NCBI GenBank assembly: GCA_030704615.1
Contig: CM060732.1
Coordinates: 7,936,001 to 8,000,000 of the forward strand
Length of the DNA: 64,000 nucleotides
DNA from: Takakia lepidozioides
Lineage: Eukaryota; Plantae; Bryophyta
Direction of reading: 5' to 3'
Shown: positions 49,901 through 61,500 of the stretch, in pieces
How the letters are laid out: the number at the start of each line of letters is the position of its first letter
Numbering within the stretch: position 1 is the stretch's first letter
Translations under genes and position numbers: made by a program
The notes under the pieces: model-generated
Databases searched by the model: none
What the model saw: only the letters and a program-made list of their open reading frames with translations
Told to the model about the DNA's origin: nothing

Positions 49901-50560
49901 ATTATGGAGGGTAATGGGGCGGGGTGGTGTCTTGTCCCATGCTTTGTTAGTTTTTGGCCTAGGGGGTGGTCTGGCGAGAGGGCTGTGTGCTGGCGGGGGT
50001 GAATAAGTGATGAGTACCATGCCATGGGTATCGGATAGAAGATGTTTGAGGCGAGTGGGAAAGTCTGGCGGTATGGGGGGTATTGTGGACAAGTGGAAGT
50101 AGGGTTAGAGTGGATTCCTTGTGGCGGAGGTATTCGGGAAAGGGGGGTGCTATTCTGTGAGCCCAGGAAATCGTGAGCCCAGCACAGGCTCATGCCACGT
50201 CAGCATGCATACAGGGCCTATTTCCGCGGGTGTCACCTATTACCGCGGGTTGATCAGCCATTTCCAGGGAATGCAGACTGGATGTGTTACATCCATTGTA
50301 TCCATCCTTTCTATCCATTGCATCCATTTAGACGTTATCAACATACCAAGCCCCTGCATTGGAATGTGCCTACGTCGTGAGCAGGTGCACACTCACATCA
50401 TCCAAAGCGGATCCCTACGAAATCTTTTCTTACTCACCACCCTTGCGAACATGCCAGGTATGTGCGTGAGCATCATGGATGCTCACCAGAATTGAGAATG
50501 CTTGAACGCTCTTTGATCACGTGGACTTTATCATGATGGATTTACCAAGCATTCTTCTAG
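46967..50560 (-). mobile_element. Mutator (MULE) transposase, intron-containing and degenerate, interrupted by a non-LTR element
   Basis: MFDHIK..WVTMGAHVYD..FMADNAQANW..SCGFHFLQSL..PTTNMAESVH; frame appears to rejoin across 48221-50145 (GSQNST|CKIEF). Confidence 0.8.
48221..50145 (-). mobile_element. 5'-truncated non-LTR retrotransposon with RNase H + CCHC + RLE (Dualen/RandI-like), copy 2
   Basis: YTDGS..AGYGVY..ILRAEFMAI..IFTDSLNS..KVRSHTGINGNEEAN; collinear with 25570-26846 including the 3' UTR. Confidence 0.88.
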
Positions 50561-51313
50561 CAGGAATGGTTTGGAGACCAACGAGCAAATGATGCGAGAA
50601 TGCTCTACCCGAACCAAAGACGTTTGTTTGTTTTTGCAATGCACACAAGCCTGTGAGCTCCGCAAAACACTAAATAGATTGAAGGAACAATCCGGGCAGT
50701 CCATGCAACCCCCATCTCCAACGATAGTTTGTTCCCATGAATTTGCATCCCATGCACACATTGCAAACATGACAACAAGGACACACAACCATCCCATTTC
50801 AAAATTGGCCCCGAATGAAAGCAAAAGAAAACTTCATATCAAGTGTTACAGTCATCAGAATCAGTATCAACCTCCTGTGCTATGTCATCCACAAAGATTC
50901 CGGCCCCAACACCACGTCTTCTACCACGGCCGTCGATGGTTGGACTGCGAGTGCCATGAATGGACATGCTTGCTGCGAGTGCCTCCGCATAGACAGGTAG
51001 GACGTAAGACTGAGGAGGACTTGAAAGAAGTCCAAAAAGGTGTGATAGCCCTGGAGGGTCAGTGGAAGCACGCGGACTCCTGCACAAGTGGACAAAAACC
51101 AATTTTGAACACAATGATGCAATGCACAAGTCCAACGAAGAGGATATCTCCCATGTGCACTTTGCCTTAAGAACAGTGATTCTGGGTATTGAAACAACAA
51201 TGCAAGCATCCACAGGTTGAACTTACTCACAGGCAAAGTCGTCATCCAGCTCCTTGTCGGAAGTCTCCCTTGTATCAATATTAGCGGGTAGGGGCTTTGG
51301 AAGGACTTGAGAA

Positions 51314-52592
51314 GTGTGTCCACCCAAACCCATCAGGAGGTTCTTTAAGGTACCAAGGGAAGAATCAAGACTGGGCACAAGAAAGAACGGAGCTCATGAA
51401 AAGACATCACTTGGCAGAAGTGGGCAGGGTGTTGGGGTGTCTGAAGAAAGCAGTGCGAAAGTCAAGGACCAGACAGCTACTGAACAAGTGGGAAAACCTT
51501 CATCCCTGCCAGAAGGCTTTTTTGATAGCATTGATGCTGACCACCGAGCTCGCGGGTTAGAGCCTCCCAAACTTGATATGAAGTAAGCACTATCCCTCTC
51601 TCCCCCTCCCTCTCCCAATCGCACAAAGGAACATTGAGGTTCGTTTAAAGAGCTTTTTGATACTGGTCACCAAACCGAAGTTCAAAATAAGAGTAGGTTG
51701 CCTTTGGAGTGAGCCTTCCACAGTGCTCTCCTGCTATCCCCTTCCCTCCTCTATGTCCGTTCTCTGCTCCATTCCCAGTGGTTGTGGGGTTCATGACCAT
51801 AAGGTTACAGCAGGCAGTACGTAATGAGGATACATGTCTGTCTTTTGGTGTATATCTGACCTGGGTTTCAGTTGTTCTAGCATGCTCAAATTTTCTCGTT
51901 TCTCTTTAGTGTTTGAACCAAACTGGGTGGGATGATGTAGAGATGAGTGGAAAGAGTTTCAGAAGTCCATACGTGATGATTTACACGAAGTTGACTATAG
52001 GCAACAAGAGGAAGAGGTATTTATTCTGTGCGCTCCGAACTATTGATTTAGTTTTCTGCTGGATTTCATTCCCGATCTTTATATTATCAGCTCAATTACC
52101 CAGGCCTGATGAGCTTGCTGAAAAGCTAATCATTTGTAACAAATGTATTGTAGTATGAGGTTGTGGAGGAGAGAGAGGAACGGGAGCAAGTGGAGCAAAG
52201 GTAGCTTGGCAGTTGCGCTGAACATCTTGGTTTGGTTATTTGAGGGGTAACTGCTTGTTGTTATTCTTTCAGATATTTCCCATTTCAAATTGCACATGAA
52301 ATTTTCTGAACTGTGTTCATATGTACTTTAATCTGTTGTTTCCTTGCATTCAGTACTTTCAGGAAGAAGGCTCTATTGACCCATTTAAGTTTCTCTCTGT
52401 GAGAGAACATTTTTGGAGCGAATTGAGATGTTTCGGAAACAGAAACAACAGAAGGCTTCTCAGGCTCAGGCAGCACTGGCCTTTCCTGCTTTTGGGGCGG
52501 AAAGTGATGCTTCCGCTTCCGATGATGATGGCAGTGGTGATGAAAATCTATTTATAGATTGGCGGGCAAAGCAAATTTCACTTTGTTTTTAA
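51314..52592 (+). CDS. 3' exons of a ZNF830/CCDC16-like protein; 5' zinc-finger exon not found
   Basis: SLPEGFFDSIDADHRARG (to ~51582), DEWKEFQKSIRDDLHEVDYRQQEEE (~51941-52016), EEREEREQVEQR, DDDGSGDENLFIDWRAK..stop 52592. Confidence 0.75.
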
Positions 52593-53155
52593 CAGGCAAG
52601 AGCAGACAACTATGTGGTCTAAGAAGAGGAAAGGAAGTTTAGATCTTTGATGTAAAATGAGAATGAGGCTCAGATTTGAGGACAAATAGTGCTTTAGAGT
52701 GGTGAATGATGATAGGAAGGGGATGTTTTTAATCTAGATGACCAAAGATGATGAAATGTACTTTGTAGTTTGGGCTTCTGGGGCTCTACAGTCCTAAATA
52801 AATAGCTGGACTTGCACATTTGTCGTGAGCCGCGAGCCTTCCAGCTTAGTCCCCTTGAAAGGAGGCAAGTGGTGAGTGTCAATGAGAAGCTCAAACCCTC
52901 CCACAGATGAATGTTGATGTGGACCTAAAACCTTGCTTGGGCCTAAGAGAAGAACAGCTGATGAAGGTGCATTGCCCTAAACAACATTACATCTGCAATG
53001 AAAATAATATCCTAAAAGAGTCGGTTGCAGCAACAACAATGGATTTAACCACCCACACTGTTTAACTAGGCAATCAGCACCCTGTGCTTCCAATTTAGGG
53101 AACCTTAAGAGTGGGAAGCTGCTCGACAAGTGGGAGAACAGAGTATGGTCATGGC

Positions 53156-53412
53156 AAGCTCATATAAAGCCCGCATACAAGTCACTACTTTCATGTTGTC
53201 TACAATTTGGTGAGCTCCACTCACTCTTGAACAAGGCAGAGATTAAGAGCTTCACAACATGGTCACTGGCACCTAGGCTGAGGAAGCTCATATAAAGCCC
53301 ACATACAAGTCACTACGTTCATGTTGTCTACAATTTGGTGAGCTCCACTCAGTCTTGAACAAGGCAAAGACTAAAAGCTTCACAACATGGTCACTGGCAC
53401 CGAGGCTGAGGA
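53156..53412 (+). repeat. ~128-bp tandem duplication
   Basis: AAGCTCATATAAAGCCC...GGCACC.AGGCTGAGG occurs twice. Confidence 0.9.
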
Positions 53413-54003
53413 TTGTCAATTGTGGCATACTAGGAAGTCAAGTTGTCCACATACATCTTCCCTCCCAAGATGTTTTGTTTCAACCCTCATCTGCCAAGCA
53501 AGTGCTCTTTACAATCATTAAGAGCTGTCAATCACACAAATCAAGTGTCTCATGGGTTATAATAAACCTAGAAATTGGAATGAAGGGCAGGACAGGTCAA
53601 TCAATTTTGAGAAAGACATGCTGTGTGGATCTGTCTTAGGATCTGGGCTAGTGGGTTATTCTATCAGGCCCTGCCTCATCATGGATATATATCTGGCCAA
53701 AAATTTTATAGCACAAAGGGAGGATTGATCCAGCAAATGTACTAATTATAGTGGTTTGTGATGAATGGGTTCAAATTGAGGGGGACCCTTGATTCTCAAG
53801 AAAGGCGGCCTCCCTGGTTTAGGGGTTCATTGATAAACGATAAGAGGCCTCCCTGGATCATTGGACTAGCTAGTATTGTGCACAGTCCTCTCGAAATATA
53901 TGTCGAGCTGTTGCGAAAAGTGACCCTTTCTTATCCAGCCTGATCCGCACTTAAACCTGTCTCAGGGTCAATCGCTTACAAAAGAATGAAGACTAAGCTT
54001 CTT

Positions 54004-57000
54004 TCAAGCCAAGTAAGGGGCGAACACAACACAGGAGTTATGGCCTCCGAACCCGAAAGAATTGGATATGGCTGCAGCAGTCACCACATCAAAACAAATA
54101 TTATGAAATCTGGTGTTACTCATCCCCACATACTCTAGACTCTCTCACAATTATCACATCATCAGCAACAAGAATATCGGCATGTGACATGTGACAAGCC
54201 AGAATACACCAAAAAGTATTAGGAATGACAAACAAGGATTGGTGAGGACATGAGGCTTACCAATGTGCACTTCATGCTGCTTCTTCACATTTGGTACTGT
54301 ATCAAATGTAACTAGTTCCTCTTGGTTCTGCAACAATTATCCATCATGGTGTTGGTAAGTATGTGTGAGTGAGACAGTGTGTATGAATGCAAAGATTGTG
54401 AAGAAAGATAAAAGGTGTCAAACTCCACTAATTAGCATAATCGGCTCTCAACTGCTTTTGGACACCTGTGGTAAACTATTTGGCTGGCTAGGTTATCTTT
54501 GCAAGAAAGACACAACATCATATTCAAGTTGAAACTTAGATTTGAAACTTAAAAAAATTTGAGGTTTCTGATGTCCCTTGCTTCACCACAAGTGTTCATT
54601 ACTGCAAAAATGTTCGTTACTGCCAAAAGAACCCACAATGACATTCCCATTTGACACTACTATACTGAGCAAGATTTTGAAAGAACAAGCAGTCCGTGAC
54701 TCACAAACTGATTGATGGTAGGGTGCAACCAGCCAGTTTCAATGGCTTTGATAGTTGCAATTGCTTCAAGACCTCCAGCAGAACCAAGGCAATGCCCAAT
54801 CATTGACTGCAATCACAAAATGAAGTGAGTCCTGGAAGAACCTCAATCCCTACAAGACCCCTTTGCTCCAAGCATTGAAAAGCTCGTAAAATTCATTAGG
54901 AGGTGTCAAGTTACTGATGCCTCTTCACCACACATCTGAGGATGGCTGAAACACTTCTGTCATCTGGTGAATCACCACATTTGCAAGGTGCAGAATGTTG
55001 CAGACAAATTACCACCGTTTCACTCATCGGATCATTGCAAAGCAGGTACACTCAATCCTTTTCCATCAGATATCAGGTCTGCTCTGCGCAAATAGTTCGG
55101 GAGTGGATGCATACAGAAGCTAACCTGAAAACAACTGTCAAATATGGAAGAGACAAGAAAAAAAAACCTTGGTTCCATTCATCTTGATCTCTGATGTATC
55201 CTTAAAGACCTTCTTGATTGCATTCACCTCTGCCAAATCACCAACAACTGTTGAAGTGGCATGTGCATTGATGTAATTGACCTGCCCACACATCCCAAAG
55301 TTGCAGTTAGTCCTCCAACAGATAAGTTGATGAATGGACATTCTCCAGGTTTAAAGAACCATGGGAAATGCACTACACAGTCTTTTCCAACCAGGTATTT
55401 TCTGACAAGCCTTTGCAGAGGGCACAACCAATCTGCAGAGTAACCATACCATGTGGTTGATACAGGAGATTGATTGCCAGACTGAATGTTGCCCCCATTC
55501 TACTCTGGTTCAGAAATGGCCATCTTTAAGAATTCCCTTTACCGTGACATGACCAGATTGTATATATATCTTTAAACAGGTGGGTTGCTTGTGCCACACC
55601 TCCTCAGGTGCCACTCCAGCATCTTCCAGGCTTCTCTCAATGCAGGTGGACACCCCCAGACCATCAGCTCGTGGATCAGTCATGTGATACGCATCACAAG
55701 TAACTGCCCCTCCCAGATATTCTGCGACAATTGGTGCTCCCCGATTCAATGCATGCTCCAAACTCTCCATGACCTTCACCAACAGAAAGCACATCTATAT
55801 TAGGGCCCCCGGGAGTGATACTCTTCGACATTTTGCAAATGTTGCGTAGAGAAGACCCTCTTCCATGCACATTAACCTTTCTACATACACAACTTACAAC
55901 AAGACTTACCAAAACCCCTGCGCCCTCGCCCATAACAAAGCCCTCACGTTCCTTATCCCAAGGCCTGGAAGCAGTATGTGGGGAGTCATTTCTTTGGGAC
56001 AAAGCTCTGCAGGCAACAAAGCCACCAAGGCCAATGGGAAGAATGGCTGCCTCAGTGCCTCCAGCAACCATGATATCAGCCTCCCCCCTGCGGATATGGT
56101 TGGCAGCAGCATAGAAACAGTAGTTGGATGTTGCACATGCTGTTGAGATAGAATAAGTGGGGCCCATCAGGCCCAAGTCAATGGCAAGCATTGCTGACCC
56201 CATGTTGGTTATGGTATATGGGATAAAGAACGGTGTAATCTTCTTGTAACCTTTTTCCACTAGAGCTTGAACTCCGTCTGAGAAGACACTGAGCCCACCC
56301 ATACCAGTACCAATCAACACACCTACTCGCTGCTTGTCAACCTGCCATACACACGAACAGGAAATTCTTCCACAATCAATGCTACTACTTGGGGTCATCC
56401 CACTACATAACAGCAGGAAATACTGTCCTTGTGCTCAATGAAGAATGCGACATGATCTGCACAGGATAGATGAAGGTCATGGGACACCTAAATGCTCGAG
56501 AATCTTTATGGTTGGCTTCCTGAATCTACTTCACCTCCAAAACACTGTGTGTCCCTTTTCATTCAAAAGTAAGAGTGTCCCTGAAAGCCTCTCAATTTGA
56601 TCACAAACTCCCTGCTGTCTACTCTGACTTCAATCCCCTATCCATGCTGCGAGTAGCCTCCAAGCAAAACTTCACAGATCAGAGCCACAGCGATAGAATC
56701 AGTCAAGAACTTTTACCTGATCAAGATGTTCTCCACCCAGACCAGCATTCTCTAGAGCCCTTTTGCCACTAACTAGACAATATCTGAGGCTGTCGTCAAG
56801 GCGGCGGTCATTCTTCCCATCAATATAGCCTTCTGCAGAGAAGCCGCGAATCTGTCCAGCAAATCTTGTAGGAAATTTGGAGACGTCAAATCGATCAATC
56901 AAGCTGATTCCACTGGTTCCTTCCAATAATTTGTCATAGAAAGTATCGATTTCATTCCCAAACACAGATACAAGGCCCATGCCTGTGATAACCACTCTCT

Positions 57001-57755
57001 TCTTGGGGTCCTGTTCCCTCTTTGGAGCACTCACCGCTTGAGCCATGGCTGTCACTCCAGTTCTTCTAGCCCCTGTTTGGAAGCCGAATGGGACTCACTC
57101 TCAGCATAAATGTTTAGATGCAGGCAGACTTCTTTCCCCATGTCCACTGGATTTTCGGGGTTTTAGAAATCAGAAACAACAGTGGAAGGGCATCTACCAA
57201 ATAAGTATTGCCTGAGGGTAATCCTCCTCGCATACGATCCTCGTTTTCACTGCTAATATTTGGCATAACCATAGCAGATTTTAACAACCACGCGTTACAT
57301 TTGAACAAAAGAGGTTTCCAAGGATTAGAGGCAGGGAAAAGGGACAATAAGTTACAGAGACCTTAGGAGGTAGCTGAACGATTACGGGCAGAGATAGGTT
57401 ACAACTACAGGTAGCTCCTCCTGCCATTTTCCTATTAGGAGGAGAACACAGACGACCTACAATATGCTTGAGACCGAGAATGGCCAAAAAATCACACTCG
57501 AGAGGGGACGAGGAAGATATCACAAGGTGAACAAGACATGTTACATCAGGGACCAGAGACACGCAGGTCTGTACCGACTGCACGCTGAGATGAAGACGGC
57601 CTCAACAAACAAACATCTGACACCGCTGCGTCCCCTGCTCGCAGACCGTCAAACTGCACCAGAGACTTCCTCGAATGGTGGCTCTGAACCTGCAGTCCTC
57701 CCATCTTTGCACACGACATCGCCCCTAACATCCCTGCACAGCTGCTGGCTGCCAT
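54004..57755 (-). CDS. KASI: Plastid 3-ketoacyl-ACP synthase I; about 8 exons
   Basis: Transit peptide MAASSC.., [67 protein letters not shown], stop at 54004. Confidence 0.95.
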
Positions 57756-58579
57756 CTCTCTCCCCGATACAACAATCCCTGCTCAAGCTGCAAAAAACAA
57801 AGCTCTCACAGCATTCCTCGCAATAGTCTCCCTCCTGAGAAGCGATAAATAATTTATTTGTGACCCCCTGCTTCCTTTTGAGTTGAGAAGCGTGACTACG
57901 GGAGGTCAGGACGCCATGAATGCTGCCCTGCTCTCTTCTCGGCCTTTTCCTGCATTCCTCCCTCCGTCACCAACATCCTCACCCGCTGCCCTCTCTGCCC
58001 GCCCTGCCCGCTCAGGCACCTTCTCGCCGGATATATGGATGAATCCTCCAAAATCGCAACTGTCCGCCGTATTTCCGGCGAAGGATGTCATCCACATCCA
58101 CTGCCCCATGCGGAAAAACGAAACGGGCAGGAAGGACGGGCAGATAGAGGACGGACATTGCGAGGGACGACAGCCGCCCCTCGTTGTTTGTTTGTTATTA
58201 TTACTCCAGCGCACTGCGTGTTCGCCAATGCCAAACCTAAAATTAAATATGACCTCTCCTTATATAGAGGGCTGCTCACTCACGGTCACCCCACCAGTTA
58301 AACTAACCACCCTCGGACTAGAGCATGTGGCAGCGGTAGCTTGCCAGCTGCCTCACCTACTGCATCTATGTGACGGCAGGCATCATGCGTCTCCGATACC
58401 TGCATGTATGGCATGTATGGCATGTATGGTAGGGTTTTGAAATCCAGTTTCCCGCGCTGCGCTGCGGGAAGGAGGACTTCCTTGGCGGGTTTGATGGTGC
58501 GAGAAAGAGACAGAAGAGAGACGAGAGGGAGCGAGGGAGCGGTTGGAGGATTGATCGCGGGTGGTGTGCAGCGGGGAAG
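57756..58579. promoter_or_regulatory. Shared divergent promoter/5' UTR region of KASI and SMC2
   Basis: 824 bp between the start codons; TATATA at ~58261; GA-rich leaders on both sides. Confidence 0.55.
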
Positions 58580-61500
58580 ATGCATCTCAAGGAGATCTGT
58601 CTGGAGGGATTCAAGTCATATGCCACGCGGACCACGGTCTCCGACTTCGACCCCTTCTTCAACGCCATTACGGGCTACAACGGGTCAGGGAAATCCAATA
58701 TTCTGGACTCCATCTGTTTTGTGATGGGGATCACCAATCTCCAGCAGGTGCGCGTGGCCAACTTGCAGGAGCTGGTGTATAAGCAAGGTCAGGCAGGGGT
58801 TACTAAGGCCACTGTTTCTATTGTGTTCTCCAATACAGACCGTAGCAGGAGCCCCATTGGATATGAGAACTGTGATGAGATCACCATTAGCCGACAGGTA
58901 AGTCTTTTCGTTCTCTCTTCTTTTGCGTTTGATTATGTTGAAGAAGGAATTCCACAGGAAGCCCGCACCGTCTATGGGACACAGCAGAAACACAAGAGGC
59001 GACGCTACCAATACCTGAAGTCCTCTGCCAAGGACGAGCAATCTCTGAATCACGGTAGTATTATCGGCCCGACAACAAAATGACACGATTGTCTTGATGG
59101 TAGGTTGTTGAACTGACTCAGAAGGTACTCGTTAGGGATCTGGGGAACTGAGCGGAGAGGTAGGAAGGCATCATGATGCTGCTATGCCTGATAACTATAT
59201 AAAAGAGGAGGGGGCATCATAGTGACGGACGAAGAGGCAGACATGGACAAACACTGAGAGAATGGCTTGGTATGCGAATATGGCAGATTGTGGTGGGAGG
59301 GAGAAACAAGTATCTTATTAATGGTCGGCACGCTCAGCCAACCCAAGTGCAAACACTATTCCACTCAGTGCAGCTCAACGTGAACAACCCTCACTTTCTA
59401 ATCATGCAAGGCCGCATCACCAAGGTGCTCAATATGAAGCCTCCAGAGACTCTCTCTATGCTGGAAGAGGCAGCGGGAACTAGGATGTACGAGATGAAGA
59501 AAGACGGGGCTCTGAAAACGTTAGAGAAAAAACAGACAAAAGTAGACGAGATAAATAACGTGCTCAATCAGGACATCCTCCCCGCCCTTGACAAGCTTAG
59601 AAAGGAGCGAGCTCTGTACATGCAGTGGGCTTCAGGGAACGCGCAACTTGACCGCCTAAAGAGATTTTGCACTGCGTATCATTATGCGAAGGCAGAGGAA
59701 GTGAAGGATGCTGCTTTCAGTGAGATCAAGGATCGCAAATCCCAGATGGGGGAGGTGCATGCTGATATCTTAAGGTTGCAAGATGGCATCAAGGAGAAAG
59801 AGGGTGCTATTGCTACATTGACAGAAGAGAAGGAGAGACAGATGAACAGTGACTACAAGCTCTTGACTGAGAAGGTGGACAAGTTGTCCAATGAGCTGGT
59901 GAAGGTGGATTCCTCGTGCACAAATCAGAAAGACAACTTGAAAGCTGAGAGGGCAGCTTCAGAGCAGGTATCTCTATGGAGCTAGGGATGCTTTAAGTTG
60001 CCTATGGAGAGATGTATATACTTCCCTTAATGGAAGCTTGGCAAACTTCTCAGCTTTTTCTGTTTGCCCCTCCTTGAACTCGTTGTCGGTTCAAATCTAG
60101 CCACCATAATGCTGCTGTTGTGGGACTAAAGAGGTTGATGCACCATATATACTGACACCATACATGCAGTTTCCTCCTATCTCTATTGCTGTGATATGGT
60201 AGTGTCTTTTCTGCTGCACCAGACACTGTTGCTACTTAGGTATGTGTCCATTTCATTGGAGTTGCACTCAGAGGACCTCACAAAGTTTATGGGAAACAGG
60301 TTATGAGAAATTCGAGTGAACTGGAACAAGCCGTGGGTCAAAAGGATGCTGCTGTCCGCCAAGCTGAAGATGATGCCTCTGGTCTCAACCTACAAGTTGA
60401 AAACCTCATGAAAACGCTGTCAGACTTAGAGAATGAGTACCAGGTAATCTTCAATCTTGTCAAGGGTGTAGTTCTTAGTCATTAGACCTCTAAGCTCCTG
60501 ATTTGTCGCATGTGGATTTGTCCTTGTTGTGTTGTGTTCAAGGCTATCTTCTCTGCAAGCTGTCATTATAGTCTACTGGAAGCATCTGTATGGAGGCCTA
60601 GTATTTCTTTGAACTGAAAACAATTCATTGCCTGTACTAAATAACAAGCATCCATGCAATAACTTTCTCTGATGTGTCTATTCAACAATGTTAAAAGCAA
60701 TGAGGACTGGCTATGTGGTTCATAACTTTGCTCTCCTTAACCTCTTTTGTGTATTACACACTCTATTGGGCAGGACATAACAGCTTACTGTGGACTTCTG
60801 ATGGATATTAGGGTGTCCAAGCAGGCAAAAGTGGTGGGGGAAATGAGAAGAGTTTGGCCGACCAGCTGGTTGATGCAAATGCTGCAGTAGGCAAAGTGTT
60901 TACTGAGACAAAGCAGAGCACAATGAAGATCAAGCATCTGGAGAACGAGCTGAAGGCTAAACAAGTTCAGCTGTCATCAATGCAGAAGGATGTTTCTGCA
61001 GCACAGCATGAGCTCCAATCCAGGAGGGTTGAGGTGGAGAAGGTCAAGGCAGCCTTAGAAAGCCTTCAATATGATGAAAGACACATGGGGTTCTTGGAGC
61101 AGGTTCTGCCCTCCTATTTTTTCCTTTCTGAAATTCATCATTCAGAAATCTAAGATGGTAAGCTGGCTGGAGACCTTCACTGCTGGAGTAAAGCTGGCTG
61201 AGAAGCTCTCTTGAATTCCTGGAGTTTGGATGCTGATGTCCAAGTAAGGAGCTCATTTGTCAGTTAGTCCAGAATGATGTTTTGTGATGGGGTGGATTTG
61301 TGAATCATTTGCCCACTATTACAGCTGTTCTCTGTTGACATGATGAATGGCTACATTCAGACCAAAGCTTCTTCTCATCTAAGCTGGTTGGAGTCTGGAA
61401 ATCTGGTGTGTGTTGTACCATGTAAACAAGGCCCTCTTAAAAAATTCCAGTAGTATCTATCTAACCACTGGAAGACAAGTTTCTAACATTTCTGCATTAA

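Noticed and set aside
55694-56398. Bacterial fabF or horizontal transfer
   Set aside because: Spliceosomal introns and a transit peptide indicate an ordinary nuclear KASI.
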